Of a stretch of DNA of 64,000 bases, positions 10,002-20,600 are shown piece by piece. The position numbers were made by a program, and so were the translations under genes. Below the pieces are notes generated by a model. That model saw only the letters and a list, made by a program, of their open reading frames with translations, ran no database searches and was not told where the DNA came from. The first letter of the stretch is position 1. Each line of letters opens with the position of its first letter. The stretch spans positions 1,269 to 65,268 of the forward strand of contig JAQBTG010000006.1 in assembly GCA_027624955.1 (NCBI GenBank). Reading direction: 5' to 3'. Source of the DNA: Pseudomonadota bacterium. Lineage in GTDB: Bacteria; Pseudomonadota; Alphaproteobacteria; UBA828.

Positions 10002-12479
10002 CTATGGTTTTGCTTTGCTGCCCTTTGAGTCTGGGCGCGCGAAGGCGCGGCGCTGGTCCGCCAATTGAATAAGCCGCGCCTCGACTAGGCCGTTGATGGA
10101 ATCAGGCGGAAATGCCCCTTTCGTGTCGCGTTCTCCGGCTTTCACACCGGTCAAGATCTCGATGCCTTCATCGATTGTGGACACCGCATAGACATGAAAT
10201 TGTCCGTCGCGCACTGCTTCTAAGACATCGTTTCTCAGCATCAAATTCTTGACGTTGGATTGAGGTATGACGGCGCCATGCTCGCCGGTTAGCCCGCGCG
10301 CTTTGCAGATATCAAAAAACCCTTCGATTTTTTCGTTTGCCCCACCGATGGCCTGGACCTCGCCATTTTGATTGACCGCGCCGGTAACAGCCAGCGACTG
10401 CTTGATCGGCACATCGGCGAGCGCGGACAGCAAGGCGTATAGTTCTGTCGATGACGCGCTGTCGCCATCGACGCCACCATAGGATTGCTCGAAAACAATG
10501 CTGGCGGCGAGGGAGAGCGGACGGTCGGTGGCATATCGGGCAGCCAGATAGCTGCTCAGGATGAGCACACCTTTGCTGTGCAGCGGCCCACCCAGGTCCA
10601 CCTCGCGCTCAATATCGATCACTTTGCCGACGCCCATGCGCAACCGCACGGTAATGCGTGATGGCTTGCCGAATGCGAAGCGCCCGGTTTGCAGAACAGC
10701 CAGGCCGTTTATCTGGCCAACCTTCGCGCCGTCGGTATCGATCAGCACCGTGCCGCGCAGAATTTGTTCCTGCATGGCCTCGCGGATGCGGCTGACCCTG
10801 CGCAGCGCTTCTTCAACTGCCATGTCGATATCATCTTTTTCGATAACGTCATGACCGCGTTCGCCAGAGAAATAATCGGCCTCTCGGACCAAATCGCTCA
10901 GGTGGCGTATCTGCGTCGAAAGCCGCTCTGAATCTGCCGCGAGACGCGCGCTGTGATCGCACAATCGGGCGACGGCTCCGCTGGCCAGCGGCCGCATTCC
11001 GTCACGTCGCGCCAAGGTGCCGAGCAGACGGGCATACATCAAGTTGGTCTCTTTGGTACGCTCGATCTTGTCGTCGAAATCGCCCGTAACCTTGAACAAT
11101 TCGGCAAAATCAGGATCGCCCTGATCGAGCATGTAGTAGAGCTGTCTGTCGCCAATGAGGACCACTTTAATTTGCAGCGGTACCGGTTCGGGGCTGAGTG
11201 ATTGAGTGCTGATAACACCGGCGGATTGGATTGGATGTTCAATGCGGATTTCATGTGAGCGAAGCGCCCGCTTGAGCCCCTCCCAGGCGAACGGTTCCAT
11301 CAGAATGCTGCGTGCATCGAGCATTAGATAGCCGCCATTCGCCCGGTGAAGCGCGCCGGATTTGATGCGGGTAAAGTCGGTCGTCAGCATGCCCATTTCG
11401 GCGACATGCTCGATGCTGCCGACTAATTCCTGATAGGTCGGATGGTCGGCATAAACCACGGGGCCGCCTTTGATGAGGGAGCGGTCGACGATGAGATTGA
11501 CGCGGTAGCGCCGAAATGGCGCTTCATGGTCCGCGGGCTCGCTGGTCGGCATTTGCCCAGGCATAGGCCCAGACGCTCCGGCCGGCATGTTGGTGCCGCC
11601 TTCCTGTGCCCCACGAAAGAGTCCTACATTATCGACCACATTCTTTTCGACGGCCTGCAGATATTCGAGTACGCGAGGCATGTTCGCAAATTGCGCCTTA
11701 GTCTCCTCGATCATGGATGTGGCCGCGACGCTGGTGACGCCGCGATCGAGCGCGAGAAATTTTTCCCGCGCTTCGCGCGCCCATTGGGGTACCATCATCA
11801 TGGTGTCGCGGAATCGTTTTTGCAGCTCGCCTATATTTTTTTGCAGTTCCCCCTGTTCTTCTTTGCTCATGGCGCTGAGTTTTTCGGGCGGCAGAATTTC
11901 GCCTTCATGCGTTGGCGCGAACGCGATGCCATTCTCGGTTTGCATGATGGCGATATTGACTTCGCCGGCCTCGCGCTGAATTTGCAGGAAGGCGTTTTCC
12001 TGCCGCTGCTTGACGTCGTCAGCGATGATCTTGCGCTGGTTGCGGTATTCGTCGCTTTCGAATATCGCCGGGACGGCGGTTTTCAAATCCTCGATCAATT
12101 TGTGGACGGCATCGCGCAGCCGCGCGCCGTCTCCGGCCGGAAGTTCCAGCACCAAGGGTTTGTGGCTGCGTTCAAAATTGTAGACGTAGCACCAGTCGGA
12201 AGGCGTGGTTTCGTCTTTGGCTTGTTGTTTCAGTAGCTTTCGGACGACGGCATGTTTTCCGCTGCCGGCCGGGCCCAGGACAAATACGTTGTAGCCTTCC
12301 TGCTTTACGCCAAGGGCGAACCGAACAGCGCCAACCGCGCGGTCCTGTCCAGCGATTTCAACCTGGTCCTCAAGTTCCGCCGTGGTGGTGAATGAGAATT
12401 GCGCTGGATCGCAAAGGCTGCACAAAGCTTCCGCAGGCAATGGTTTAAGCACAGCGCCCTTTTTTCTTTCTTTCGCCAT
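10002..12479 (-). CDS. Lon-like ATP-dependent protease (AAA+ ATPase plus S16 Lon C-terminal proteolytic domain, COG1067-type)
   Basis: 825-aa ORF with Walker A GPAGSGKH and a long helical insert. The C-terminal Lon protease region reads GPLHSKGVLILSSYL...DGDSASSTELYALLSAL...AVTGAVNQNGEVQAIGGANEKIEGFF. Confidence 0.85.
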   Translation of the reverse strand: MAKERKKGAVLKPLPAEALCSLCDPAQFSFTTTAELEDQVEIAGQDRAVGAVRFALGVKQEGYNVFVLGPAGSGKHAVVRKLLKQQAKDETTPSDWCYVYNFERSHKPLVLELPAGDGARLRDAVHKLIEDLKTAVPAIFESDEYRNQRKIIADDVKQRQENAFLQIQREAGEVNIAIMQTENGIAFAPTHEGEILPPEKLSAMSKEEQGELQKNIGELQKRFRDTMMMVPQWAREAREKFLALDRGVTSVAATSMIEETKAQFANMPRVLEYLQAVEKNVVDNVGLFRGAQEGGTNMPAGASGPMPGQMPTSEPADHEAPFRRYRVNLIVDRSLIKGGPVVYADHPTYQELVGSIEHVAEMGMLTTDFTRIKSGALHRANGGYLMLDARSILMEPFAWEGLKRALRSHEIRIEHPIQSAGVISTQSLSPEPVPLQIKVVLIGDRQLYYMLDQGDPDFAELFKVTGDFDDKIERTKETNLMYARLLGTLARRDGMRPLASGAVARLCDHSARLAADSERLSTQIRHLSDLVREADYFSGERGHDVIEKDDIDMAVEEALRRVSRIREAMQEQILRGTVLIDTDGAKVGQINGLAVLQTGRFAFGKPSRITVRLRMGVGKVIDIEREVDLGGPLHSKGVLILSSYLAARYATDRPLSLAASIVFEQSYGGVDGDSASSTELYALLSALADVPIKQSLAVTGAVNQNGEVQAIGGANEKIEGFFDICKARGLTGEHGAVIPQSNVKNLMLRNDVLEAVRDGQFHVYAVSTIDEGIEILTGVKAGERDTKGAFPPDSINGLVEARLIQLADQRRAFARPDSKGSKAKP

Positions 12480-12586
12480 GTGATGTTTTTCCTTCTCTCC
12501 AGCATTGCGCTATAGGGCAGAGGTCAATTCTACCGGTCCTGGCCGCAGGCGTCGCGGCGTGCCAGCATTAATGATATACAGTTTGA

Positions 12587-13609
12587 ATGCAGCACGTAAC
12601 TCGCAGCAAAAATCGGCTTTTCATAATTGCCTGGGCGCTTATTCTTTGCTTGGCGGCACCGGTTTCGGCGGATTTCGATGAGGGCTTGAGCGCCTTTCTC
12701 GACGGCGATTATCGGCGCGCCCGCGAAATCTGGATGGACTTTTCAGCCCTCGGCGATGCGCAATCTCAGTTCGGCCTCGGCATGATGTTCGAGGGCGGAC
12801 GTGGTGTGCCGCCGGATGCAGAGAAAGCTGCTGAGTGGTATCTCCGCGCGGCGGAGCAGGGCATGCCCGAGGCGCAACTCAGCTTGGGGTCTCTCTACGA
12901 ACAGGGCAACGGCGTCGCGCGCGACCCCGAACGGGCGGCCGAGCTTTACCGAAACGCTGCCGATCAAGGAAACGCCCAAGCGCAGTATAATTTGGCGGCG
13001 CTTTACTTGGGCGGTGACGGCGTCGCACCCAACCGGGAACTCGGCATCGCCTGGTTGCGTCTTTCAGCGAGGCAACGATATGGCCGCGCTCTTCAACGTT
13101 TGAAAATGATAGATGTGCCGGTAGAGGGTTCGGTGGAAATTTTGGCCAGCGCACCCGCGCCAGAGCCTCCGCCTCCCGATCGCGCAACCGAATTACCGGC
13201 CACCGCGCCGGCGCCCAATCCAGAGCGCGCGGAGCGCCTGCAAATATTAATCGAGGACAATCAGTTCGAAGTGCCGTTGGCCGCCCTCGAAGAAGAAGTG
13301 GGCGAAAGTAGCGCTGCCGAGGACGGGACCCCGGCTGAATCGGGCTTCACCTTACTCTTAGCGACATTCGACCGCCAAGAGGCGGCCCAAGCGGCATGGC
13401 AAAAATTGAATGCCCGGTATCCAACGCTTTTCGGAGGTCTGCGACCTAAATATACGGCGTTGAAATTGGACGAGGGAGACGTCGAATTGTGGCGGCTCGA
13501 AGCTGCCGCCTTAGTAAGCGAAAGCGCGGCGGTGACACTTTGTGAAGCGCTCCGGCGTGAAGGCGAATATTGCTTTCCGCCGCGCGTGAGCAACGCGCCC
13601 GAGAACTAA
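12587..13609 (+). CDS. Secreted Sel1-repeat protein with a C-terminal SPOR-like domain
   Basis: It has a signal peptide and at least three Sel1 repeats (e.g. AAEWYLRAAEQGMPEAQLSLGSLYEQGNGVARD), then a Pro-rich linker. The C-terminal block FTLLLATFDRQEAAQAAWQKLNARYP...WRLEAAALVSESAAVTLCEALRREGEYCF resembles SPOR. Confidence 0.7.
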   Translation: MQHVTRSKNRLFIIAWALILCLAAPVSADFDEGLSAFLDGDYRRAREIWMDFSALGDAQSQFGLGMMFEGGRGVPPDAEKAAEWYLRAAEQGMPEAQLSLGSLYEQGNGVARDPERAAELYRNAADQGNAQAQYNLAALYLGGDGVAPNRELGIAWLRLSARQRYGRALQRLKMIDVPVEGSVEILASAPAPEPPPPDRATELPATAPAPNPERAERLQILIEDNQFEVPLAALEEEVGESSAAEDGTPAESGFTLLLATFDRQEAAQAAWQKLNARYPTLFGGLRPKYTALKLDEGDVELWRLEAAALVSESAAVTLCEALRREGEYCFPPRVSNAPEN

Positions 13610-13625
13610 GTGCCGCCCCGCGCAC

Positions 13626-14360
13626 CTAGTCCCGGTAATCCGGTTGATCGCGGTCGAGCACACGTTTCAGCGCATTGAAGTGATCGTTGGCGAAGCGGTG
13701 CATGTTATCTGACCGCAATTGCCGCGCAGTGTTTTCGCATATTTCTTGGGGAATCCGCTTGAGCGGGCTGCCGGTGCTCATGGCGAGAATTTGCGCCTTG
13801 GCCGTGCGTTCCAAATAGTAAAGGTCGTCATAGGCGCTCGCCACGGAGGTGGCTCCGACCAGGACGCCGTGATTGCTCATCAAGAGAATTGATTTGTCCT
13901 GCAGGACGCCGGCGAGGCGTTCGCCCTCCGCCGTGTCGAAGGCAACCCCTGTATAATTATTGTCATACGCGATACGGCCGTAATAGCGCATGGCATTTTG
14001 GTTTATCGGTTCGATTGCGCCGTCCTCAATCATCGCAAGGGCGAGCATTTGCGGCTGATGGGTGTGCATAATACAGCGCAGGTCCGGCCGCTTGCGGTGG
14101 ATCGGTACATGTATGTGAAAGGCGGTGTCTTCCACTACGCCGTCGCCCTCCAACACCTCCCCATCGAGGCTGACCAGGAGCAAATTGCTGGCCGTGACTT
14201 CGCTCCAATGGGTGCCGTGGCCGATCAATAGAAACTTGTCGGGCTGCCCGGGAACCGTCAGGGTCAAATGGTTGCAGATCCCTTCGCTGAGGCCGTGCAT
14301 GTGAGCAAGCCGGTAGGCGGCGGCAAGGTCGATACGCGCTTGTCGAATTTCATCGATCAT
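13626..14360 (-). CDS. Class II aldolase/adducin family protein
   Basis: 244-aa ORF with NHLTL, IMHTHQP and SNHGVLVGATSVASAYDDLYYLERTAKAQ motifs. Confidence 0.85.
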   Translation of the reverse strand: MIDEIRQARIDLAAAYRLAHMHGLSEGICNHLTLTVPGQPDKFLLIGHGTHWSEVTASNLLLVSLDGEVLEGDGVVEDTAFHIHVPIHRKRPDLRCIMHTHQPQMLALAMIEDGAIEPINQNAMRYYGRIAYDNNYTGVAFDTAEGERLAGVLQDKSILLMSNHGVLVGATSVASAYDDLYYLERTAKAQILAMSTGSPLKRIPQEICENTARQLRSDNMHRFANDHFNALKRVLDRDQPDYRD

Positions 14361-14439
14361 TTGTCGTTCCGTGTTGTGTTGTTCCGCGGTGAGATCAGAA
14401 AATGGTGACGCCCGGTGATAGCCGCGCAGACATGCGGGT

Positions 14440-15732
14440 TCAGCGCTCTCGGAAGGCTTCCGACCGAACTTTGATGACGGGTTTCAGCAGGTATTGCATC
14501 ACGCTCTTCGAGCCGGTGTGGATATCTAACGTTGCCTCCATGCCGGGTGCGATGGGCAGGTCGCCGGGTTCAACACCGAGGTAATTCCTATCTGTCTCGG
14601 CAATAACTCGGAAATAACTCTGGCCAGTGGCGCTATCGACATGCGAATCGGGCGAAATAGAAACAACCCGGCCTTCAAGTCCGCCGTAGCGTGAAAAATC
14701 ATAAGTGGAGACTTTGACTACCGAACTTTGACCGACACGGACATAGCCGATGTCGGTTGGGTTGAGCTTCGCTTCAACGACGAGGCGTTCCTGGGTCGGT
14801 ACAATCTCCATCAACGGCTCTCCAGGCTGCGCCACGCCGCCGATGGTGTGGTGGCGCATGCTCTGGACCACGCCATCAATTGGGCTCGATATTTCTGTGC
14901 GCACGACCTGGTCGGTGGCGCGGCCGAGTTTTTCCCGGACCTCCGCGATACGCCGCTCAATCGCGCTCATTTCTTCGAGCGCGTTCCGCGTGGCACGCAA
15001 TTGTTCTTCATTAATGCGCTCCGTGGTTTCGGCAAGGCTCGCTTGCGCGCGCGGGATAGCGGATTTGAGCTCCTCCATCTCGCCTTGCAATTTCTCGATC
15101 TCCTGTTTGATCTGAACATGGTCGATTTTTGGCGTCAGACCCTCGGCGAGAAGGTCCTCTGACATTGCGAAACGCTCGAGCGTGAGGGCCAAATTGTTTT
15201 TAATCGAGTTGAGCTGAGAGCGAATTTGGCGGACATCGAGCTCGCGCTGGCGCTGCTGCTCGTGCAAAACAGCAACGGTGCTCTGAAGCTCAAGTTTATG
15301 TCCTTCATAGGTTTGCCTCTCCGCCCGCAGCATTTCAGGGCGCCGCGCCGCTTGCGCCTCCGGAAAGACCAGTACCGTGCCCTGAGATTCCGCGACAAGG
15401 CGTACCCGGGTCAGAATTAGACTATCGAGTTCGATCTCAATTTCATCTCGGTTCGATCCGGTAATACCGCGATCAAGCTGCAACAGAAGATCGCCGGCAT
15501 TTACCGTGGCGCCCTCGGTGACGAATATTTGGCTAATGATGCCGCCTTCGAGATGCTGGATAATCTTGACTTGGCCCTGTGGCACGACTTCGCCACTGGC
15601 AACGGCCACTTCTTCCAACTCGGCAAAATTGGCCCAAGCGAGAAGGATGGCGATCGCGATGGTGATGAGGAAGGCGCTGCGCTTCCAGCCCTTGGCGCTG
15701 GCCTTGCTTTCGAGCCTATCCAGCCGGTTCAT
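14440..15732 (-). CDS. HlyD family type I secretion periplasmic adaptor
   Basis: 430-aa ORF with an N-terminal TM helix, a long coiled-coil region and a C-terminal beta-barrel with a typical HlyD ending (TGSKSVMQYLLKPV). Its start overlaps the ABC gene stop (ATGA). Confidence 0.9.
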   Translation of the reverse strand: MNRLDRLESKASAKGWKRSAFLITIAIAILLAWANFAELEEVAVASGEVVPQGQVKIIQHLEGGIISQIFVTEGATVNAGDLLLQLDRGITGSNRDEIEIELDSLILTRVRLVAESQGTVLVFPEAQAARRPEMLRAERQTYEGHKLELQSTVAVLHEQQRQRELDVRQIRSQLNSIKNNLALTLERFAMSEDLLAEGLTPKIDHVQIKQEIEKLQGEMEELKSAIPRAQASLAETTERINEEQLRATRNALEEMSAIERRIAEVREKLGRATDQVVRTEISSPIDGVVQSMRHHTIGGVAQPGEPLMEIVPTQERLVVEAKLNPTDIGYVRVGQSSVVKVSTYDFSRYGGLEGRVVSISPDSHVDSATGQSYFRVIAETDRNYLGVEPGDLPIAPGMEATLDIHTGSKSVMQYLLKPVIKVRSEAFRER

Positions 15733-17531
15733 GAAGATTTCTCCGCTGTTGCAGCCTGGGCTACGTTATTTTGTTGGGCTTCAACCGTCGCATCGGCCGG
15801 GCGCGGCGTGCCGCCAAACAAGCGCGGCAAAATTTCTTGTGTCGGCCCGCCCATGGCGATGCGGCCGCGCTCAAGTACCATGATAGCGTTGCAGGCGCGC
15901 AAGAGGACGGGTGTGTGCGTCACGACGACGATCGTGTGGTCGCGCGCCAATTCGCTCAGGGTATCGCGCAGGGCGATTTCCGCCTGCATGTCGAGATTAC
16001 CTGACACCTCATCGAGTAGCAGGATTGGCGGATCCGGCAGCAGCGCCCGGGCGATGGCAATGCGCTGGCGTTGCCCGCCGGAGAGCCGCGAGCCGGCCTC
16101 GCCAATCTCAGTGGCATAGCCGTCGGACAAGTCGATAACATATTCATGCACGCCGGCCAGCGTCGCCGCCCTGACGATTTCCTCGTCACTCGCTTCGGGA
16201 TTGGTAATAGCGATATTTTCGCGGATCGTGCCGGCAAAGAGAAAACATTCCTGCGGCACATAGCCGATCCACGTGGCGAGATCGTGGCGTGAGAATTGGC
16301 TGGTGTCGCCGCCGTCGAGCAGCACCCTTCCGCTGGTCGGGGGGTAGAGGCCCTGCATCATTTTGAGGAGGGTCGTCTTACCGCAGCCGTTGCGCCCGAC
16401 CACGCCAAGTATGCCGGGCGGCTTGACCTCCATCGAGAGATTGTCGATTACCGGTGGGCGACCTTCTTCATAGCCATAGCTGACCGCCTCAAGAGTTAGG
16501 CGGCCCTCGGGACGATCCAGGCGAATGCTTCGCTCCGTTCGATCTTCGGCGAGCGAGAACACTGCATCGAGGCGCTTCAGCGCCTGGCGGCAATTAGCGT
16601 AGTTTCGCCAATTGCCAACCAGCTGATTGAACGGGCCGATAACTCGGTTGCCGAGCATGGTCGAGGCGATCAGCGCACCAATGGTGAGCCTCAGATCGAT
16701 AATCGCGAGTGCGCCGGCGGTCACCAGCGCGATGGTGGTCAGCATGGTGAGGCTGGCGCCGATATTGCTGAACGTGTCGGTTCGCCCGCCGCGCACTAGG
16801 GCACGCTCAATGGTATCGGCATGCTTGTCTTCCCACGCCGGCTTTATTGCATTCTCCAGCGCTAGGGCCTTAACCGTAGACCGGCCTTGCAATAATTCCG
16901 TTAGAAACGCGTCTCGGCCGATACCTGCTTGGCGCTCCCCCTTGGTCGCAGTCTCCATCATTCGGCCGGAAATGATGGCGACGATGATAAATACCGGAAG
17001 CGCAATCAGTAGCACCCACACCACCGGCGGCGCGATGATATAGATGACCACCACGAACAGCACGGCAAACGGCAGATCGGTCAACAGCACTGCGGAGGAG
17101 CCCGAGAACGTATTGCGCACCACTTCGGCATCACGGAACAAGGTTTGCCAAAAGCCGGAAGGGCGGCTTTCGAGTGTGCGCAGAGGCAGGGAGGAGATCT
17201 TGTCGTAGAGCGAGCGTCCGAGCGAGACGTCGATTCTGAGCGCCACGCGCTGCAGCATGCGGCTGCGCGCTTGTCGAATGATGAAATCGAACAGAAGCGC
17301 CGTCAAAACGCCGATCAATAGGCCATAGAGCGTACTAATACCGTTACTAAAGACGACCCGGGTATAGACCTGCAAGACGAAGATCGGCACTGCCAGCGCC
17401 AACAGGTTGATGAATAGCGAAACCACAATCGCTTCCCGCAGGCCGGAGCGCGCCGGCTTCATCACCGCTTTCAGCCACTCGCGGCTGGCGGGTTTTTCCT
17501 CGTCGAGTGCATTTAAATCTGGCGCCGGCAT
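15729..17531 (-). CDS. Type I secretion system permease/ATPase (PrtD/HasD-like, no C39 domain)
   Basis: 600-aa ORF with a six-helix TM domain. The NBD carries Walker A GRNGCGKTT, the signature LSGGQRQR and Walker B LLLDE. Confidence 0.92.
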   Translation of the reverse strand: MPAPDLNALDEEKPASREWLKAVMKPARSGLREAIVVSLFINLLALAVPIFVLQVYTRVVFSNGISTLYGLLIGVLTALLFDFIIRQARSRMLQRVALRIDVSLGRSLYDKISSLPLRTLESRPSGFWQTLFRDAEVVRNTFSGSSAVLLTDLPFAVLFVVVIYIIAPPVVWVLLIALPVFIIVAIISGRMMETATKGERQAGIGRDAFLTELLQGRSTVKALALENAIKPAWEDKHADTIERALVRGGRTDTFSNIGASLTMLTTIALVTAGALAIIDLRLTIGALIASTMLGNRVIGPFNQLVGNWRNYANCRQALKRLDAVFSLAEDRTERSIRLDRPEGRLTLEAVSYGYEEGRPPVIDNLSMEVKPPGILGVVGRNGCGKTTLLKMMQGLYPPTSGRVLLDGGDTSQFSRHDLATWIGYVPQECFLFAGTIRENIAITNPEASDEEIVRAATLAGVHEYVIDLSDGYATEIGEAGSRLSGGQRQRIAIARALLPDPPILLLDEVSGNLDMQAEIALRDTLSELARDHTIVVVTHTPVLLRACNAIMVLERGRIAMGGPTQEILPRLFGGTPRPADATVEAQQNNVAQAATAEKSS

Positions 17532-17609
17532 AGAGCTATTTGGCCAACCTTATCGGTTTGTGGCAAACCTAATCGGCGACGCCGACTTTCTCACAAATCT
17601 GTGTCTGCC

Positions 17610-20600
17610 TTAAACCAGCTGGATATCTGTGATGGCCGGAGCATCTCCGGTGTTTTCCGCAAGCACCGTGTAGCCCGTACCGGCGGCACCGTTGCCATCG
17701 AAATAGAGAGTTTTCGTCACGTCGACGACGAGATAGGCAGTGCTGCCCGAGGCTGCGGTATTTGTGCCGTCGAATTGCTCTGTGATGGCAAAGAAATTGA
17801 AACCGGCGGACAATGAACTGAGACCGAAAGCGCTATCGGTCAGTGAAATTGTGTCTGTGCCGGAGGTAAAGTCCGAAATTATATTCTGAAACCCAGCGCC
17901 AATAGTGTCTGCGTTATCGCCCGGATTCGCCTCGCCGTCAGACGTCGAAGCAAAAGTAAAATTGTTGGTACCGCCGCCGCCCGACATGACATCGTTTCCG
18001 GTGCCGCCGGTTAAGATGTCATTGCCGTCTCCACCGCTTAGCGTGTCATTGCCGGCACCGCCGAGCAAAGTATCGTCGCCGCCGCCGCCGTCCAATATGT
18101 CGTCATCGTCTTGGCCTTGCAGGATATCGTTGCCGAGATCGCCGAACAGCGTGTCATCGCCGTTACTGCCGAACAAGGCATCGTTGCCGTCATCGCCGTC
18201 CAGTTTGTCGTTGCCGCTGCCGCCCAGAAGGGTGTCGTTGCCGGCATCGCCGAACAGCAAATCGTCGCCATCGCCTCCCTGGACGGTGTCGTTGCCGAAG
18301 CCGCCTTCGACCGTGTCGGCGCCGATGCCGCCGTTCAGGTTGTCGTCACCAGAGCCGCCTTTCAATATGTCATTGTCGTCGCCGCCGTTCACAAGGTCAT
18401 TCCCGGCGCCGCCGTGGAGGCTGTCATCGCCGAGGCCGCCATTGATGGTGTCCAGGCCGGCGGCACCGAACACCGAGTCGTTTCCGTCGCCGGCATCAAC
18501 CGAATCATTGCCGGTGGTGCCGGCCAAAATATCGTTACCGGCGGTGGCGCTGGCGAATGTTTCTCCGAGCCCGAAAGCGGAGAGGAACAGCCCGGTATCG
18601 ACTGACACATCGCTGGTATCGGACACCGCGATCTTTATGGTGTGCGTACTCAGGCTGGTATTCAGCAACCCGACAATGACACCCGGTTCCGAAATACCGT
18701 CATATTCGATGCCGAGTGCCCCGCCCGTATTGTCGAAGAAATTGAATTCGTTAAAGCCGACATCGAAATGCAATATCGAATCGTCCGGGAAGAACGCAAA
18801 ATTGGTTCCATCGACAAACACCGCGGCGATATCGTTGACGGACTGCTCGTTGAATTCGTCGGTGCCGAACATAAAATCGAAAATGATGGCGTTCACGTTG
18901 CCCGTCACGGTGAACGAAAATTCGAGGGATGTGGTGTCGGTCGTGGTTTGTATATGGCCGGTATTGGACAACACCGTATCGAGGTCGTTGTCGCCCAAAA
19001 AGCTGGCGTCGCCGCTGAACCCGATGGCGGTATTTGAATTGTTGGGCGTGCCGTCGCCGCTGGTGAGCACGATACCCTTGCCGAGCGAGAACGATACACC
19101 GTCTGCGGTGCCGAAATTCAAGCTCTCGAAAAAGCCGGCGGAGGAGGCGCCGGCGGTGGTATTTCCGACAAAGTTTGCGCTGGAGACAAACGGCCCGGGA
19201 CCGGGTGCCGCAGTTACGGTTAGGCCGGATAAACTATCGATAAGCCCGGTGGCCAAGACCTCCGGGTCGCCGCTGAATTCGCTGACGTCGCTGACGCCTT
19301 GCGTACCGAAAAATTCTTCTTCGTTAATAAAAACGAAATCGTCTTCAAAAATGACATCATCTTCAACGAACGTATCGTCAAAATACAAATCACCGCCGTA
19401 GAGATACTCGTCGCCGAAGGTGTCATAAGTATTGTCTACAAAGGTGTCGCCATATAAGTCGTCGCTGTAGGGATCGCTAAAATAGTCATCGCCAAATCCG
19501 AAATCGTCGCCGCCAAACCCGTCATAGTCGCCAAACTCGCCCTCTCCTACTTCTCCGGCAAATTGTTCAGTCGCGAACTCTTCGAATTCACCCTCAAAGG
19601 CCTCGTCAAAGACATCAGGGTCGATTTCTCCATCTTGCGCGTCGAGTTCGCCGTCGAAATCCCCAACACCGTCTTCAAATCCGGCATATTCGTCAGAGAA
19701 TTGATCCGTATTGGTGTCGAAACCGTCCTCCTGAGCAGCGCCATCGACAAGTTCGGGGTCGTCGAACTCGCCATCGGGGCCGCCATCAAGCAGGGTGTTA
19801 AATACGCCGTCCTGGATCGCTTCGTTGTACTGATCCAGGGCCGCGGCACCGGCGGCAATGCCTATATCGATAGCGTCCTCTAAAGAGCCACCCTCGTTGA
19901 GCGCCGCTTCCATGGCAGCGAATGCGTCGTTCGCTGCGGCGAGCCCGGCGGCGGCAACTTCTTCCTCGCTCGGTTCACTGCCGCCATCGCCTTCGGCACC
20001 GCCACCTGCGCCTTGCGCATCGTCTGTCGCACCGCCGCTGTTGTCCGCGCCACCTCCGGTATTGTCACCGCCTGTGAGCCCGGCTCCAAAGGCGCCGCCA
20101 GTTCCAGACAAAAAATTGTTGATTGCACTATAGAGGCCACTGGCCTGAGCCGCCGATAACGTAATCGCCGGACTGGGAGAATCGAAGACGGAGGAGACCG
20201 CCGTGGTTTGATAGGCGGTATTGAGGGTGACCGAGGATGTTTGGGTGCTCACGGTGATAGAACCGGTTACTTCACCTTGTCCTTCGCCCTCGGGCATCAT
20301 GGTCACAGTATTGAATTCACCCTCCGCCGCCGCCCTGCCGCCGACTTTGGTTCCGCGAATGCCGAGCGTGGCGACCGGAGTGCGGACGATCATGTCATCA
20401 GGATTGTTGGCCGCGATCTCCCCGCTGACGAAAACAAATACGCCCTGCACCACCGAAAAGCTCGATGAGCCCTCCAGCGAAGTTGGGTCAAAAATCAATT
20501 CGTCCAGCACCATGCGGCCTTCTTCGCCGAGTGAAAATTCGGTTTCATCGATGAACACCACGGCGACCGCAGCGCCGGCGCCGGTCTCGAGAATATCGCC

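Noticed and set aside
10002-12479. Lon-like protease as a BREX BrxL-type defence component
   Set aside because: No PglX/PglZ/BrxA-C-like genes, methyltransferase or phosphatase lie nearby. The flanking genes are housekeeping or unrelated, so there is no support for a defence island.
17905-19401. 498-aa Pro/Ser-rich ORF on the plus strand
   Set aside because: It is the antisense reading of the RTX nonapeptide and choice-of-anchor-like region. Its SPP periodicity simply mirrors the GGxGxD codons.
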